The notes: generated by a model from the letters alone, not told the origin. Positions 30,246-43,569 are shown, numbered from the stretch's first letter. The stretch: DNA of 64,000 bases from Candidatus Lindowbacteria bacterium RIFCSPLOWO2_12_FULL_62_27 (GCA_001784175.1 MFPR01000026.1:124001-188000), one strand, 5' to 3'. Numbers and translations are program-made.

Positions 30246-30557
30246 ATGGCGCAGATTCGGATCCGGATCAAACTGAAATCGTTTGATCACCGGTTGATCG
30301 ACAAGTCGACCCAGGAGATCGTCATGGCCGCCAAAAAAACTGGCGCGACCATCGTCGGCCCCATCCCTCTGCCCACACGCCACGAGCTCTTTACCGTTCT
30401 GCGGTCGCCTCACGTCAACAAGAAGTCGCGCGAACAGTTTGAGCTCCGGACCCACAAGCGTCTCATGGATATCGTCAATCCCAACCAGGAGACCATGCAG
30501 TCCCTCCTCGACTTGGGTCTTCCCTCAGGCGTTGAAGTCGAGGTGAAGGAAGCATGA
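30246..30557 (+). CDS. rpsJ: 30S ribosomal protein S10
   Basis: [21 protein letters not shown]. Confidence 0.98.
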   Translation: MAQIRIRIKLKSFDHRLIDKSTQEIVMAAKKTGATIVGPIPLPTRHELFTVLRSPHVNKKSREQFELRTHKRLMDIVNPNQETMQSLLDLGLPSGVEVEVKEA

Positions 30558-31210
30558 AGGCGATTCTGGGCCGGAAGGTCGGGATGACCGAACTGTTCGA
30601 CGAGAAGACCGGCGCGGCGGTCCCCGTCACCGTAATCGTTGCCGGGCCCTGCCTGGTCCTCCGGACCAAAACGGCCGACTCGGACGGCTACGAGGCCGTC
30701 GTGGTTGGCTACGGCGCCGAGCGCCGCTATCCGACGCTTCCGCATGTCGGCGAATTCAAAAAACGGAATCTCGAACCACGACGCATCATCAAGGAGTTCC
30801 GGGGGCCGGCGCCGGAAGGAACTGCGCCGGGCGCTGAAATACGCGTTTCGATTTTCAAGGCCGGTGAATGGGTCGACGTCACCGGCAGAACCAAGGGACG
30901 GGGCACGACCGGGACGATGAAACGATGGAATTTCCACGGCGCGCCGGCGTCCCACGGAACTGAAAAACGACATCGCACGCCGGGTTCCATCGGCTCCAAC
31001 ACGGACCCCGGTCGGACTTGGCCCGGCAAGAAACTCGCCGGGCGCTACGGGGACGAGCAGGTTACGATTCAGAACCTCCGCGTGATTCAGGTGGACGAAG
31101 AAAACAATCTCCTCGCCATTTCGGGCGCCGTCCCCGGCGCCGCTTCGGGTCTCCTTTTCATCCGCCAGGCAAAACGCGCGCCGGTGTCGAAGGCGCCGCC
31201 GAAAGGATGA
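30554..31210 (+). CDS. rplC: 50S ribosomal protein L3
   Basis: GRKVGMT, PASHG, PGSIG. Confidence 0.97.
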   Translation: MKAILGRKVGMTELFDEKTGAAVPVTVIVAGPCLVLRTKTADSDGYEAVVVGYGAERRYPTLPHVGEFKKRNLEPRRIIKEFRGPAPEGTAPGAEIRVSIFKAGEWVDVTGRTKGRGTTGTMKRWNFHGAPASHGTEKRHRTPGSIGSNTDPGRTWPGKKLAGRYGDEQVTIQNLRVIQVDEENNLLAISGAVPGAASGLLFIRQAKRAPVSKAPPKG

Positions 31211-31857
31211 TGGACATGCCGACGGCGGACATCCTGAATCTCGACGGGGAGAAAACAGCGACCCGGGATCTTCCTGCCGACGTGTTCGACGTGACCGCAC
31301 GGCCGATCGTCCTGGCTCAGGCCGTCCGCTATTACCGTAATCGTCGGCGTGCCGGCACCGCATCGACGAAAGACCGCTCGCAGGTGCGGGGTTCGGGTCG
31401 CAAGCTCTATGCGCAAAAACATACGGGGCGCGCGCGTCACGCCGACGCGCAGGCACCGCAGTTCCGCGGCGGCGGCCGCGCACACGGCTCCAAGCCCCAT
31501 CGCGCGTCAATCCATCTTCCCCACCGCGTCCGCCGCTTGGCGCTCCGGGCCGCACTCTCGGATAAACTGCGGGACGGCCGGCTGAAGCTGCTGGCCCTGC
31601 CGTCAATCGAGCAGCCGAGCACAAAGCTCTTTCGCGCTTTCCCGCAGCGATCGGGCTTGAGCGTCGGCCGGATTCTGTTCGTCTTCGATCCTGACGCCAG
31701 CATGGCCTATCAGTCGGTCATCAACATCCCCAATACGCGTGCGTGCCGCGCCATGTCTCTCACGGCCTATGATGTGATGGCTTCACGCCATCTCGTGCTG
31801 ACGGAAAAATCGGCGGACCTTCTCGCGGGGCGGCTCTCGGAGGCGGCTCGTGGCTGA
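31207..31857 (+). CDS. rplD: 50S ribosomal protein L4
   Basis: GTASTKDRSQVRGSGRK..QKHTGRAR. Confidence 0.96.
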   Translation: MMDMPTADILNLDGEKTATRDLPADVFDVTARPIVLAQAVRYYRNRRRAGTASTKDRSQVRGSGRKLYAQKHTGRARHADAQAPQFRGGGRAHGSKPHRASIHLPHRVRRLALRAALSDKLRDGRLKLLALPSIEQPSTKLFRAFPQRSGLSVGRILFVFDPDASMAYQSVINIPNTRACRAMSLTAYDVMASRHLVLTEKSADLLAGRLSEAARG

Positions 31858-32173
31858 TCCCAAATCCGGCGCACCCGTCGCCACCATCGCAGACAACCGG
31901 CTCATCGTCCGGCCGATCATTACCGAAAAAACGACCAGGTCGCGCGAGACGATGGGAAAATATGCGTTTGAAGTTGCCGAAGCCGCCACCAAGCATGCGG
32001 TTGGGCGGGCGATCGAGCGGATGTTCGGCGTGAAGGTTCGGAAGGTCAACTTGGTCCGGCGCCACGGCAAGATGCGCCGGGTGCGATCCAAGCCTGGCTG
32101 GACCAGCGACACCAAACGCGCGATCGTCACGGTCGAGGCCGGACAGAAAATCGTGTTCTTCGAGGGAATCTGA
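31850..32173 (+). CDS. rplW: 50S ribosomal protein L23
   Basis: [22 protein letters not shown]. Confidence 0.95.
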   Translation: MADPKSGAPVATIADNRLIVRPIITEKTTRSRETMGKYAFEVAEAATKHAVGRAIERMFGVKVRKVNLVRRHGKMRRVRSKPGWTSDTKRAIVTVEAGQKIVFFEGI

Positions 32174-32997
32174 TGCCGGTCAAAACCTACGCGCCCACTA
32201 CGCCCGCACGGCGATATCTCACTACTCTCTCCACTGCGGACCTCGCCCGAATCCGGCCTGTCCGCAGCCTGACCGAGCGGCTCTACAAAACGGGCGGCCG
32301 AAACAACACGGGCCGCATCACCACCCGGCATATCGGTGGCGGACACAGGCAGATGTACCGGAAGGTCGACTTCAAGCGGGACAAAGACGGCGTCAAGGCG
32401 AAAATCCTGGCCTTCGAGTACGATCCCAACCGCGGCGCGCGTCTGGCGCGGGTCCAGTACGAGGACGGCGAGCTGCGCTACATCCTCGCGCCGCAGGGTC
32501 TCGCCGTGGGCGCGGTGGTGGAGAGCGGCGAGAAGGCCGAGATCAGCGTCGGCAATGCTCTCCCGCTTCGGCTCATTCCCCCTGGAACATTCGTCCATAA
32601 TGTGGAACTGAAACCAGGCCGAGGCGGACAGCTCGTCCGGGGCGCGGGGGTCGGCGCGCAGGTCATGGCGCGGGAAGGCGATTATGCGTTCGTCAAGCTC
32701 CCGTCCAGTGAGATTCGTCTGGTGCATTCCAATTGCCGGGCGACCATCGGCATGGTCGGCAATGCCGACCGGAGCAATCTCGTGGTGGGTTCGGCGGGCC
32801 GTTCCCGGCGTTTGGGCATCCGGCCAACCGTCCGGGGTGTGGTGATGAACCCGGTGGATCATCCGATGGGCGGCGGCGAGGGCAAAAGCAAGGGCGGCAA
32901 CCACCCGCAGAGCCCGTGGGGTCTGAAATCGAAGGGCAAAAAAACCAGAAGGCCCAAACAGTCCGACCGGTGGATCGTTCAACGGAGGAAGAAGTAA
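32173..32997 (+). CDS. rplB: 50S ribosomal protein L2
   Basis: [29 protein letters not shown]. Confidence 0.98.
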   Translation: MPVKTYAPTTPARRYLTTLSTADLARIRPVRSLTERLYKTGGRNNTGRITTRHIGGGHRQMYRKVDFKRDKDGVKAKILAFEYDPNRGARLARVQYEDGELRYILAPQGLAVGAVVESGEKAEISVGNALPLRLIPPGTFVHNVELKPGRGGQLVRGAGVGAQVMAREGDYAFVKLPSSEIRLVHSNCRATIGMVGNADRSNLVVGSAGRSRRLGIRPTVRGVVMNPVDHPMGGGEGKSKGGNHPQSPWGLKSKGKKTRRPKQSDRWIVQRRKK

Positions 32998-33001
32998 TCA
33001 G

Positions 33002-33292
33002 ATGAGTAGATCGCTGAAAAAAGGCCCATACGTCGATGAGGGGCTCCTGCGCAAGGTCAAGGCGATGCGCGCGAGCGGCCAGCGGAGGGCCATCAAAACA
33101 TGGGCGCGCCGCGCGACCATCGTGCCCGAAATGGTTGGTCAGAGCTTCTCGGTCCACAATGGCAACAAATTCTTGAACGTCTTCGTTTCAGAAAACATGG
33201 TCGGGCACAAACTCGGCGAATTCGCCCTCACGCGCACCTTCCGCGGTCACCGCGAACCCCGAGGCGGCGAGGAAGCGAAGGCGACCGCATAG
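33002..33292 (+). CDS. rpsS: 30S ribosomal protein S19
   Basis: [20 protein letters not shown]. Confidence 0.98.
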   Translation: MSRSLKKGPYVDEGLLRKVKAMRASGQRRAIKTWARRATIVPEMVGQSFSVHNGNKFLNVFVSENMVGHKLGEFALTRTFRGHREPRGGEEAKATA

Positions 33293-33294
33293 CC

Positions 33295-33663
33295 ATGCTG
33301 TCTGTCGCGCGCGCCCGGTTCCTTCGCATCACGCCGAGAAAACTGCGCGTCGTCGCTGATCTCGTGCGCGGCCGGACGGTGGCCCAGGCGATCGTGATTC
33401 TCGACCACACGCCCAAACACGGATCGGCCGTGTTGAAAAAAATTCTCAAAAGCGCGCAGACCTCCGCTCAGATCAAGGACCCGGCCGCCAAACCCGAAGA
33501 ACTGCGAATCGCGACCCTGACGGTCGACGGCGGCCCCGTTCTCAAACGATGGATGCCCCGGGCGCACGGCCGCGCCACGCCCATCATCAAGCGCACCGCG
33601 CATGCCGTCGTCGAACTCGAAAAAGAGTCCGCACCGGAACCGAAAGCGAGGATTGCGAAGTAG
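33295..33663 (+). CDS. rplV: 50S ribosomal protein L22
   Basis: TPRKLRVVADLVRG, PRAHGRA. Confidence 0.96.
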   Translation: MLSVARARFLRITPRKLRVVADLVRGRTVAQAIVILDHTPKHGSAVLKKILKSAQTSAQIKDPAAKPEELRIATLTVDGGPVLKRWMPRAHGRATPIIKRTAHAVVELEKESAPEPKARIAK

Positions 33664-33664
33664 T

Positions 33665-34300
33665 ATGGGACAGAAAGTCAATCCGATCGCGTTCCGGCTC
33701 GGCATCAATCGCAACTGGGACGCGCGCTGGTATGCCCGCAAGGATTTTGCCAAAAAGCTTGCTGGCGATCTGAAAATCCGCAAGTTCATCAAATCCCGCC
33801 TCTACCATGCAGGCATCGCAAGCATCCTCATCGAGCGCTTCACCAAGCGCGTCCGCGTCACGATCGAGGCGGCGCGCGCGGGTCTCGTGATCGGCAAAAA
33901 AGGTTCGAACATCGACAAGCTTGCGGGAGACATCGTCCAGCTTACGGGATTGCCCAAGGAGGACGTGGAGGTCAACATCGAGGAGGTCAAAGTGCCGGAT
34001 CTCTGCGCGATCCTCGTGGCCGAGGAGATTGCCCGCAAGATTGAGCGGCGCGTGGCCTTCCGGCGCGCGATGAAACAGGCGGTCTACAACTCCCGCGCGC
34101 GCGGTGGCGTCGGCGTTAAGGTCATGTGCAGCGGCCGGCTGGCGGGCACGGAAATTGCGCGGCGTGAGTGGTACATCGAGGGCCGGCTCCCGCTGCAGAC
34201 CATCCGCACTCAGATCGACTTCGGCACCGCCGAGGCCAAAACAAAATACGGAATCATCGGCGTCAAGGTCTGGATATGCAAAGGGGAAACCCCACGATGA
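33665..34300 (+). CDS. rpsC: 30S ribosomal protein S3
   Basis: MGQKVNP, SGRLAGTEIAR, YGIIGVKVW. Confidence 0.98.
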   Translation: MGQKVNPIAFRLGINRNWDARWYARKDFAKKLAGDLKIRKFIKSRLYHAGIASILIERFTKRVRVTIEAARAGLVIGKKGSNIDKLAGDIVQLTGLPKEDVEVNIEEVKVPDLCAILVAEEIARKIERRVAFRRAMKQAVYNSRARGGVGVKVMCSGRLAGTEIARREWYIEGRLPLQTIRTQIDFGTAEAKTKYGIIGVKVWICKGETPR

Positions 34301-34331
34301 GAGTGAAATTTTGGATTGGGGATGATGCGTC

Positions 34332-34748
34332 ATGCTGATGCCGGCACAGCAGAAATTCCGTAAGCAGAGCCGCGGTCGCATGAGGGGCATGGCCTCACGC
34401 TGCAACACCGTCGCGTTCGGCGAATTCGGGCTTAAGGCCCTCGACCGGTCCTGGGTGACCAGCCGGCAGATCGAGGCCGTCCGCATCGCGCTCAGCCGGT
34501 ACATGAAACGCAAGGGCAAAGTCTGGATTAGAATATTCCCCGACAAGCCCGTCACCATGCGTCCGGCGGAAACCCGCATGGGCACCGGCAAGGGCAACCC
34601 CGAATTCTGGGTCGCCGTCGTCCGGCCCGGGCAGGTGTGTTTCGAGGTCGGCGGCCTGACCGAAGCCGAGGCCGCCAAATGCATCCGGCTGGCGGGCGCC
34701 AAACTGCCCATGAAATCAATGTGCGTGCGTCGACGGAGTGGGCTATGA
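34332..34748 (+). CDS. rplP: 50S ribosomal protein L16
   Basis: [17 protein letters not shown]. Confidence 0.98.
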   Translation: MLMPAQQKFRKQSRGRMRGMASRCNTVAFGEFGLKALDRSWVTSRQIEAVRIALSRYMKRKGKVWIRIFPDKPVTMRPAETRMGTGKGNPEFWVAVVRPGQVCFEVGGLTEAEAAKCIRLAGAKLPMKSMCVRRRSGL

Positions 34749-34963
34749 AATGGAGTGAAATGCGAAACATGACCGACGCGTCCCTCAAGGACGAACTCGC
34801 CCGGACGGTCGAGGAGATCCGCAACCTGAGGTTTCAGGCCGGCGTCGGGCCCTTGGAGAACCCCTTGCTCCTCCGGCATGCGCGTCGTAAGGTTGCGCGA
34901 ATCCAGACACTCCTCGGCGAGCGCAGCCGGGCGGAAGCGCCGGCGGCACAGGAGCAGCCATGA
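34745..34963 (+). CDS. rpmC: 50S ribosomal protein L29
   Basis: NLRFQ...LENP...RRKVARIQT; position between rplP and rpsQ. Confidence 0.93.
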   Translation: MKWSEMRNMTDASLKDELARTVEEIRNLRFQAGVGPLENPLLLRHARRKVARIQTLLGERSRAEAPAAQEQP

Positions 34964-35202
34964 AGAAGACGCTCCAGGGACGCGTGGTGTCGACACAGAT
35001 GCAGAAGACGATTCGCGTGCAGGTCGCCCGGCGGTTCCTGCACCCGATTTATAAGAAAACGGTCATGCGTTCCAAGGACTATCTGACACACGATGAAGAG
35101 GCCAAAGCCGGCGTGGGTGACTTGGTGGAAATTGTGGAAACGCGGCCGCTGTCGAAATGCAAGCGCTGGCGGCTTATGAGGATTCTCGAAAAGGCGCGGT
35201 GA
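34960..35202 (+). CDS. rpsQ: 30S ribosomal protein S17
   Basis: GRVVS..MQKT, HPIYKK, ETRPLSK. Confidence 0.97.
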   Translation: MKKTLQGRVVSTQMQKTIRVQVARRFLHPIYKKTVMRSKDYLTHDEEAKAGVGDLVEIVETRPLSKCKRWRLMRILEKAR

Positions 35203-35220
35203 GCCGAAAGGAATCATGTC

Positions 35221-35589
35221 ATGATTCAGCAGGAAACGTATGTGAACGTTGCGGACAATTCGGGGGCACGGGTGATTGACTGTATCCGTGTCCTGCGTGG
35301 CAGCAAGCACCGCTATGCCTTTCTGGGCGACGTCATCGTCGCGGCCGTCAAGGACTCTCAGCCGGACGGAGTCGTCAAGAAGGGCCAGATGGTCAAGGCC
35401 GTCATTGTCCGGCAGCGGCACACGCACCGCCGCGTCGACGGGTCCCGAATCCGTTTCGACGACAACGCGGCCGTCATTATCAACGAGCAGCTCGAACCCG
35501 TCGGCACGCGCATTTTCGGCCCCGTCGCGCGCGAACTGCGCGATCGCCAGTTCATGAAAATCATTTCGCTCGCCCCGGAGGTCGTCTGA
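35221..35589 (+). CDS. rplN: 50S ribosomal protein L14
   Basis: [26 protein letters not shown]. Confidence 0.98.
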   Translation: MIQQETYVNVADNSGARVIDCIRVLRGSKHRYAFLGDVIVAAVKDSQPDGVVKKGQMVKAVIVRQRHTHRRVDGSRIRFDDNAAVIINEQLEPVGTRIFGPVARELRDRQFMKIISLAPEVV

Positions 35590-35912
35590 TGGCGCTGCAG
35601 CGGCTCTACATTCGCAAGGGCGACCGCGTCGCGGTATTGAGCGGCAACGAGCGTGGCGCGGTCGGCAAGGTCCTGAGCGTCGATCGCAACAAGTACCGCG
35701 CCGTGGTCGAGGGTGTCGCGCTCCGGAAAAAACACGTCCGGCGCACACAGCAGAATCCCAAGGGCGGCGTCATCGAAAAAGAGGCGGCACTTCACGTCTC
35801 CAACCTCATGGTCATCTGCCCCAAATGCAACAAGCCCTCCCGCCTCGCCCGCCGGGTTGTCGACGGCCGGTCGCTGCGCGTCTGCAAAAAATGTGACGAG
35901 ACCCTGGCATGA
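35589..35912 (+). CDS. rplX: 50S ribosomal protein L24
   Basis: IRKGDRV, EAALHVSN. Confidence 0.96.
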   Translation: MALQRLYIRKGDRVAVLSGNERGAVGKVLSVDRNKYRAVVEGVALRKKHVRRTQQNPKGGVIEKEAALHVSNLMVICPKCNKPSRLARRVVDGRSLRVCKKCDETLA

Positions 35913-36601
35913 AACAGGCAAAAGAATCCGCGCCGCCGCGCGAAAAAAAGGAAAAGGCCCCTGCGCCTGACCGCAAGCCGTCCCGTGAGGACCGCGCGGT
36001 TGCCGTCGAAGAGCCGGGGGATCAGATCCGCCAGGTTCATCGCGGCCCGGCCCCCACGCCCAGGCTGAAGGAACTGTACGTGAAAGAACTTCGACCCAAA
36101 CTCTTGACGCAGCTTCAGCTCGATAACATCCACTGCGTTCCTCGCCTCGTCAAAATCGTCATTAACTCCGGGCTCGGGGAGGGCATCAAGGATTTCAAGG
36201 TCATCGAAGAAATGTCACGCGACCTTTCTGCCATCGCCGGACAGAAACCCATTCTCCGGCGCGCCTACAAGGACGTGTCGGCCTTCGGCGTCCGCGCCGG
36301 TAATCCGATCGGGCTCATGATGACGTTGCGCAGCAAGCGCATGTACGAGTTTCTCGATCGATTCATCAGCGTGACCCTCCCACGGGTCCGCGATTTCCGC
36401 GGGGTTTCTCCCGGAAATTTCGATGGACGCGGCAACCTGACCATGGGCATCCGCGAGCACACGGTGTTTCCGGAAGTCGACATCGACAAGGTCCGGCGCA
36501 CCAAGGGCATGAACGTCACGTTCGTCACGACGGCCGCCTCCGACGCCCACGCAAAGGCGCTCCTCCAGGGGTTCGGCATGCCGTTCGCGGAGAAGGGGTG
36601 A
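35909..36601 (+). CDS. rplE: 50S ribosomal protein L5 with N-terminal extension
   Basis: [25 protein letters not shown]. Confidence 0.97.
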   Translation: MKQAKESAPPREKKEKAPAPDRKPSREDRAVAVEEPGDQIRQVHRGPAPTPRLKELYVKELRPKLLTQLQLDNIHCVPRLVKIVINSGLGEGIKDFKVIEEMSRDLSAIAGQKPILRRAYKDVSAFGVRAGNPIGLMMTLRSKRMYEFLDRFISVTLPRVRDFRGVSPGNFDGRGNLTMGIREHTVFPEVDIDKVRRTKGMNVTFVTTAASDAHAKALLQGFGMPFAEKG

Positions 36602-36608
36602 GGGACAG

Positions 36609-36794
36609 ATGGCAAAGAAATGCTGGGTCATCAAATGGAGCCGCAAGCGCAAGTTCCCCGTCCGCCAGCACAACCGTTGCTCGGTCTGCGGCCGGTCCCG
36701 CGGATACATGAACCGGTTCGAACTTTGCCGGCTCTGTTTCCGCAAACTCGCCTGTAAGGGCGAAATCCCGGGCGTGGTAAAAGCGTCATGGTAA
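36609..36794 (+). CDS. rpsN: 30S ribosomal protein S14, zinc-binding type
   Basis: 61 aa; RCSVCGR...[18 protein letters not shown]. Confidence 0.97.
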   Translation: MAKKCWVIKWSRKRKFPVRQHNRCSVCGRSRGYMNRFELCRLCFRKLACKGEIPGVVKASW

Positions 36795-37186
36795 CCGACG
36801 TCATCTCCGATCTCCTCCTGCGCATGCGCAACGGCTGCATGACGCGCAAAAAAACCGTGGATGTCCCCGCGTCGAGGCTCAAAGTATCCATCATACGGAT
36901 CATGAAGGACGAGGGATACATCAAAAACTACCGCATCTTGAAGGACAACAAGCAGGGCATTCTCCGGGTCTATTTGAAGTATTCGAAAGACGGTAAATCA
37001 GGCGTCATTCAGAGCCTTCAGAGAATCTCGACGCCCGGCCGGCGTGTTTACTCGCCCGTCAATCGCCTCCCCCGGCCCGCCGGGGGACTCGGCATCGCCA
37101 TTGTCTCCACGCCCAGGGGTCTGCTCACGGATCGCGAATGCCGCAAGGAACATATCGGCGGCGAAGTCCTGCTGGAGGTCCGGTAG
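36788..37186 (+). CDS. rpsH: 30S ribosomal protein S8
   Basis: [16 protein letters not shown]. Confidence 0.97.
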   Translation: MVTDVISDLLLRMRNGCMTRKKTVDVPASRLKVSIIRIMKDEGYIKNYRILKDNKQGILRVYLKYSKDGKSGVIQSLQRISTPGRRVYSPVNRLPRPAGGLGIAIVSTPRGLLTDRECRKEHIGGEVLLEVR

Positions 37187-37187
37187 G

Positions 37188-37760
37188 ATGTCGAGGGTTG
37201 GCAAGGCGCCTGTGGCGATCCCCAAGGGCGCGACCGTACAGCTTCGGAATGGCGTCGTCGCGCTCAAGGGGCCCAAGGGCGAGATGACCATCCCGATGCC
37301 GCCGGACATTACAGTCGCGCAGGAATCCGACCGGCTGGTCCTCAAGCGCGCCAACGATTTGGACGCCACACGCGCCAAACACGGCTTGGCACAGCGGCTT
37401 CTGAGAAACGCAGTCCTTGGCGTCACACAGGGGTTCACCCGAGAACTCGAAATCGTCGGCGTCGGTTTTCGCGCCGCTAAGTCCGCCGACAAGCTGGTTC
37501 TCTCCGTTGGCTATACCCGCCCCGTCGATGTCCGCATCCCCAAAGGCGTGGACGTCGCCGTCGAGTCCAACACCAAGATCGTCCTGAAGGGCGCCGACAA
37601 GCACGTGCTGGGACAGCTTGCCGCCGACATCCGCGCCGTCCGCCCGCCCTCCGTCTACAGCGACAACAAGGGCATCCGGTACTCTGGCGAGCGCGTCCGC
37701 AAGAAGGCCGGCAAGACAGCCGGCGCCGGTGCAACGGGTGCCGCCGGCGGCGCGAAGTAG
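37188..37760 (+). CDS. rplF: 50S ribosomal protein L6
   Basis: MSRVGK, GVGFRA, KGIRY. Confidence 0.97.
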   Translation: MSRVGKAPVAIPKGATVQLRNGVVALKGPKGEMTIPMPPDITVAQESDRLVLKRANDLDATRAKHGLAQRLLRNAVLGVTQGFTRELEIVGVGFRAAKSADKLVLSVGYTRPVDVRIPKGVDVAVESNTKIVLKGADKHVLGQLAADIRAVRPPSVYSDNKGIRYSGERVRKKAGKTAGAGATGAAGGAK

Positions 37761-37769
37761 GAGAAGACC

Positions 37770-38135
37770 ATGGGCGACAAACGGCACGGCGAGGTCACGG
37801 CCTACAAGTCCATCCGGAGTCGCAAGCGGGTCATCGGCACATCGGATCGACCGCGGCTTTGCGTCTTCAAGAGCCGAAAACACATCGCGGCGCAGGTCGT
37901 CGACGATCTTTCCGGCCTTGTCCTCCTCGGCGCATCCACACGCACGCCGGAAGTACGGGACGTCGTGAAGGGCAAAAAAAATAAGGAAGCCTGCAAGGCG
38001 GTGGGCAAACTCATTGCCGAGCGTTGCGCCGCCAAAGGCATCCGGACTGTCCGATTTGACCGGTCCGGATACATCTATCACGGAAAAATTGCCGCGCTGG
38101 CGGACAGCGCGCGTGAAGGAGGATTGCAGTTTTGA
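37770..38135 (+). CDS. rplR: 50S ribosomal protein L18
   Basis: [19 protein letters not shown]. Confidence 0.97.
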   Translation: MGDKRHGEVTAYKSIRSRKRVIGTSDRPRLCVFKSRKHIAAQVVDDLSGLVLLGASTRTPEVRDVVKGKKNKEACKAVGKLIAERCAAKGIRTVRFDRSGYIYHGKIAALADSAREGGLQF

Positions 38136-39073
38136 ATACGCCCCAAACCCCGGCGCCGCAAGCGCCTCGTCCGCCCAGGACCGATGGACGCGGCGATGGA
38201 CGGCAGCGTTCCGATTCGCGCCGGAGGTTTCAGAGACCCCAGCCCGGGCATGCCCCCGGAGAGCCGGCGCTCATCGAACGGGTCGTCCAGATCAACCATG
38301 TCGCGAAGGTCGTCAAGGGCGGCCGGCGATTCGGATTCTCGACCATCGTCGTCGTCGGCGACGGCAACGGCAAGGTCGGCGTGTCGATCGGCAAGGCCAA
38401 GGAGGTCCCGGAATCGATCACCAAGGGCCGGTCACATGCGACGAAAACCATGACCAAAATAAAAATCGTCGAAGGAACCATCCCCCACGAAATCGTTGGT
38501 CGGTGTGGCGCCACGCGTGTCCTCCTTCGGCCTGCTGTGCCCGGCACCGGGATCATCGCAGGCAAATCTGTGCGCGCTATTTTGGAGGCCGCCGGCATTC
38601 GGGACGTCCTCTCCAAGACCATCGGATCTTCCAACGCCGTCAACGCTGTCAAGGCCGTCATGGACGGACTGCTCCGGCTGAGACTGCCGGAGGACGTCGC
38701 GGAAATGCGCGGTAAGACCGTCGGCGAAATGTTCATCGCCAAGCGTGTCCGGCGGCTGACCAAATTTGAGGATGAAATGGGCGAGCGCATGGAGGGCGGT
38801 GAAGCCGAGCAGTTGTCACCGGAGGCCGCTCAGGCGCGCCGTCGTGAGCAAAGACCCTCCGGTTCCATGCCGCCGCGCCACAGGACCGAATCGCAACAGG
38901 GCAGAACGCACGACAGGGGTGGGCCGGACCGGTCGCGAGGTCGCAGACCCGACCGCGATCGTGATCGCAGACCCCGGCCGGATCGCAGGCCTCCCAGACC
39001 GGCAGGGCCCCCATCTTCGTCGGCGGAGCCCGGTCCGCTCCCGCCGCAAACACCGTCGGAGCCATCGGCATGA
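38132..39073 (+). CDS. rpsE: 30S ribosomal protein S5 with long N- and C-terminal extensions
   Basis: [27 protein letters not shown]. Confidence 0.96.
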   Translation: MNTPQTPAPQAPRPPRTDGRGDGRQRSDSRRRFQRPQPGHAPGEPALIERVVQINHVAKVVKGGRRFGFSTIVVVGDGNGKVGVSIGKAKEVPESITKGRSHATKTMTKIKIVEGTIPHEIVGRCGATRVLLRPAVPGTGIIAGKSVRAILEAAGIRDVLSKTIGSSNAVNAVKAVMDGLLRLRLPEDVAEMRGKTVGEMFIAKRVRRLTKFEDEMGERMEGGEAEQLSPEAAQARRREQRPSGSMPPRHRTESQQGRTHDRGGPDRSRGRRPDRDRDRRPRPDRRPPRPAGPPSSSAEPGPLPPQTPSEPSA

Positions 39074-39504
39074 GCCTCGAGCTTTCCGCTCTGCCCAAAA
39101 TCGTCGGGCGCCGGCAGCGGCTCGGCCGCGGCGAGGGCAGCGGCCGCGGCAAGACCAGCGGCCGTGGGCACAAGGGCCAGAAGGCGCGCAGCAAGGTCCG
39201 GCGGGGCTTTGAGGGCGGCCAGATGCCCCTCTTCCGGCGGTTGCCCAAGGGCGGGTTCAAGCGGTCTTGGCGGGTAGTGGCGTCGATTGTCAATCTTGAA
39301 GCGCTCAACCGGTTTGCGGACGGCGATGAGGTTACGGTCGAAAAATTGAAGGAAAGCGGGCTCGTGCGTTCCAAAGCCGCCCTCATCAAAGTCCTTGCCG
39401 GGGGCAAGCTCACCCGGAAATTGAAGGTAGTCGCACACCGGTTTTCGGCCGGCGCGCGGTCGGCCATCGAGTCGGCCGGCGGGTCCGTTCAGATCGCTCA
39501 ATAG
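39070..39504 (+). CDS. rplO: 50S ribosomal protein L15
   Basis: [26 protein letters not shown]. Confidence 0.98.
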   Translation: MSLELSALPKIVGRRQRLGRGEGSGRGKTSGRGHKGQKARSKVRRGFEGGQMPLFRRLPKGGFKRSWRVVASIVNLEALNRFADGDEVTVEKLKESGLVRSKAALIKVLAGGKLTRKLKVVAHRFSAGARSAIESAGGSVQIAQ

Positions 39505-39570
39505 CGGCGTCCGGAATTTTATGCTGATCGCTCCCGGTTTCGTGCGGCGCGCGCGCCGAATCGCCTGATC

Positions 39571-40904
<1,334 letters not shown>

Positions 40905-40908
<4 letters not shown>

Positions 40909-41585
40909 TGGCAGGGAACACGTCAGGAATGCGGATTGTGCTTCTCGGGCCACCGGGCGCGGGCAAGGGCACCCAGGCGAAAAAATTGGTCGATGCCTTG
41001 GGGATTCCACATGTGTCGACCGGCGACATGTTCCGCCGGATGGTGGCGCTGGGCGGGGACTTGGGTGTGCGGATCCAGGCGATCATCGGGTCGGGCCACC
41101 TCGTGCCGGACGCCGAAACCTGCGAGGTCGTTGAAACATTCTTGACTCGCGAGTCCCTCTGGGACAGGTTCATGCTCGACGGATTCCCGAGGACCGTCCC
41201 TCAGGCCGAAACGTTCGACAGTATGCTCTCGAAGCGTGGCAAGCGGCTGGACGCGGTCGTCGCGATTGATCTTTCAGAACAGAATGTCCTCGCCCGGCTG
41301 GGCGGTCGTAAGAGCTGCCCGAAATGCGGCTCGGTCTATCACGACGTTTCTCTGCCCCCGAAAATGGCGGGACTCTGCGACCGCGATGGCGCCCGGCTGA
41401 CCGTCCGCGAAGACGATCAGCCCGAAAAAATATTGGAACGGCTCCGCGTCTATGTCCGCCAGACCCAGCCGCTCCTCGACTATTACGAGCGGGCCGGATC
41501 GGTCCGCCGGGTCGACGGCACGGCCGACGCCGGCGAGGTCTCCGCGCGCATCTTGGCCGCTCTGCGAGATGGTCAGAATGATTGA
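40905..41585 (+). CDS. adk: Adenylate kinase (zinc-lid type)
   Basis: GPPGAGKGTQA, LDGFPRT, CPKC lid. Confidence 0.97.
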
Positions 41586-42321
41586 GATTAAATCGCCGGA
41601 TGAGATTGATAAAATGGTGGAGTGCGGCCGCATCACCCGCCGGGTCCTGGACGAACTCGGCGCTGCGGTCCGGCCGGGACTGAGCACGCTGGAACTGGAC
41701 GAGATGGCCGAGTCCATCATCCGGGCTGAGGGCGCCGAGCCGGCCTTCAAGGGATACTTCGGCTACCCCGCGACCATCTGCGCTTCGATCAATTGCGAGG
41801 TGGTCCACGGCATCCCGCGTCGCGACAAGATCCTTCGCGAGGGCGACATCCTCTCGATCGACGTGGGGGTCCGCAAACTCGGCTTTCACGGCGACGCGGC
41901 CCGCACGTTTCCCATCGGCCGGATCAGCCCGGAGGCCAGGCGCCTGATGGACGCCTGCCGGGCATCGCTCGAAGCTGGCGTTGCGCAGGCGGTGGCCAAC
42001 AACCGGGTCGAGGATATTTCGCGCGCGATCCAGTCGGTGGCCGAAAAGGCCGGATTCTCCGTCGTCCGCGAATGGGTGGGACACGGCGTTGGTCGCAACC
42101 TTCACGAGGATCCGCAGATCCCGAACTTCGTGACGGGCAAGAAAGGTCCCGTGCTTGAGCCGGGCATGACGCTTGCGATTGAGCCGATGGTGAACGAGGG
42201 CACATACAAGACGGAAATCCTCGAAGACCGCTGGACCGTCGTGACCGTCGACCGGAAATTGAGCGCACACTTTGAGGATTCGATATTGGTTACGAAAAAC
42301 GGACCGAAGGTGTTGACCTAG
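41578..42321 (+). CDS. map: Methionine aminopeptidase type I
   Basis: VVHGIP, GHGVG..LHEDP, AIEPM, SAHFE. Confidence 0.97.
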   Translation: MIEIKSPDEIDKMVECGRITRRVLDELGAAVRPGLSTLELDEMAESIIRAEGAEPAFKGYFGYPATICASINCEVVHGIPRRDKILREGDILSIDVGVRKLGFHGDAARTFPIGRISPEARRLMDACRASLEAGVAQAVANNRVEDISRAIQSVAEKAGFSVVREWVGHGVGRNLHEDPQIPNFVTGKKGPVLEPGMTLAIEPMVNEGTYKTEILEDRWTVVTVDRKLSAHFEDSILVTKNGPKVLT

Positions 42322-42322
42322 A

Positions 42323-42568
42323 ATGGCGACGAGAAAAGAGTTTGTTCACAAAGTCAAAGAAGACAAGATCACGGTGGATGCCAAGGTCCTTGAGGCGCTC
42401 CCCAACACCATGTTCCGCGTGGAGCTGCCCAACCAGCACGTGATCCTGGCGCACATCTCCGGTAAAATGCGCATGCACTACATCCGCATCCTGCCCGGGG
42501 ATACCGTCACGGTCGAAATTTCGCCCTACGATTTATCGCGGGGACGTATTGTTTTTCGGAAAAAATAG
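42323..42568 (+). CDS. infA: Translation initiation factor IF-1
   Basis: [27 protein letters not shown]. Confidence 0.98.
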   Translation: MATRKEFVHKVKEDKITVDAKVLEALPNTMFRVELPNQHVILAHISGKMRMHYIRILPGDTVTVEISPYDLSRGRIVFRKK

Positions 42569-42587
42569 ATACAATGGTGGGATTATC

Positions 42588-42701
42588 ATGAAGGTCAGGC
42601 CAAGTGTGAAACGGATTTGCAAAAAGTGCAAGGTCATTCGGCGCAAGGGCGTCGTTCGGGTCATTTGCGAAAACCCGAAACACAAACAGCGCCAGGGATA
42701 G
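42588..42701 (+). CDS. rpmJ: 50S ribosomal protein L36
   Basis: Hand translation [37 protein letters not shown] (too short for the ORF track). Confidence 0.97.
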   Translation: MKVRPSVKRICKKCKVIRRKGVVRVICENPKHKQRQG

Positions 42702-42714
42702 GAGGTTCGGTCGG

Positions 42715-43098
42715 GTGGCTCGAATCGCGGGCATCGATTTGCCCAAGGCAAAAAATGTCGACATCGCGCTGACGTATATCTACGGCATTGGCCGGTCCTC
42801 CGCTCGCAGCATCTGCGGGCAGGCGAGGGTCAACCTCTTCACCAAGGTGAAGGACCTCGCGGAGGACGAGATCGGCCGGCTTCGCAGCATTATTGAGAAA
42901 AACTACAAGGTCGAAGGCGAGCGGAAATCCAGCGTGTCGCAGGACATTAAACGGTTGATCGATATCGGTTCCTATCGAGGCAGCCGGCACAAATCGGGTC
43001 TGCCGGTACGCGGTCAGCGCACGCGTTGCAACGCACGCACACGCAAGGGCCCCCGCAAGACGGTGGCCGGCAAGAAGAAGGCGGCCGACAAGACGTAG
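42715..43098 (+). CDS. rpsM: 30S ribosomal protein S13
   Basis: [24 protein letters not shown]. Confidence 0.98.
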   Translation: MARIAGIDLPKAKNVDIALTYIYGIGRSSARSICGQARVNLFTKVKDLAEDEIGRLRSIIEKNYKVEGERKSSVSQDIKRLIDIGSYRGSRHKSGLPVRGQRTRCNARTRKGPRKTVAGKKKAADKT

Positions 43099-43105
43099 TA
43101 TGACC

Positions 43106-43140
43106 CCTTCCCCCCTTGTGGGGGAAGGCTGGGATGGGGG
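43106..43140 (+). repeat. GC-rich intergenic hairpin (REP-like)
   Basis: CCTTCCCCC-cttgt-GGGGGAAGG followed by CTGGGATGGGGG. Confidence 0.5.
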
Positions 43141-43164
43141 GTAACGAAGGAGAAGGGATTCATC

Positions 43165-43569
43165 ATGGCAGAAGAGAAAAAACCGGCCGCTCGGACGGCC
43201 GGCGTTAAGAAGAAACTAAAAAATATCGCGGAAGGGGTCGTTCACATCCGGTCCACCTTCAACAACACCGTGGTGACCATCACCGACAAGGCCGGGAACA
43301 CCATCTGCTGGGCCAGTCCGGGCAAGCTCGGATTCAAGGGTACTCGCAAGGGCACGCCCTACGCCGCGCAGGTCGCCGCCGAGGCCGTGGCGAAGGTCGC
43401 GATCGAAAACGGTATCCGGCGGGTCGATTGCCGCGTCAAGGGGCCCGGCCAGGGACGAGAGACAGCCATCCGCACCATCCAGGCCGCTGGAATCGAGATC
43501 TGCGACATCATCGACGTGACGCCTGCACCGCACAACGGGTGCCGGCCGCGCAAGAGGAGGCGGGTCTGA
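43165..43569 (+). CDS. rpsK: 30S ribosomal protein S11
   Basis: [21 protein letters not shown]. Confidence 0.98.
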   Translation: MAEEKKPAARTAGVKKKLKNIAEGVVHIRSTFNNTVVTITDKAGNTICWASPGKLGFKGTRKGTPYAAQVAAEAVAKVAIENGIRRVDCRVKGPGQGRETAIRTIQAAGIEICDIIDVTPAPHNGCRPRKRRRV

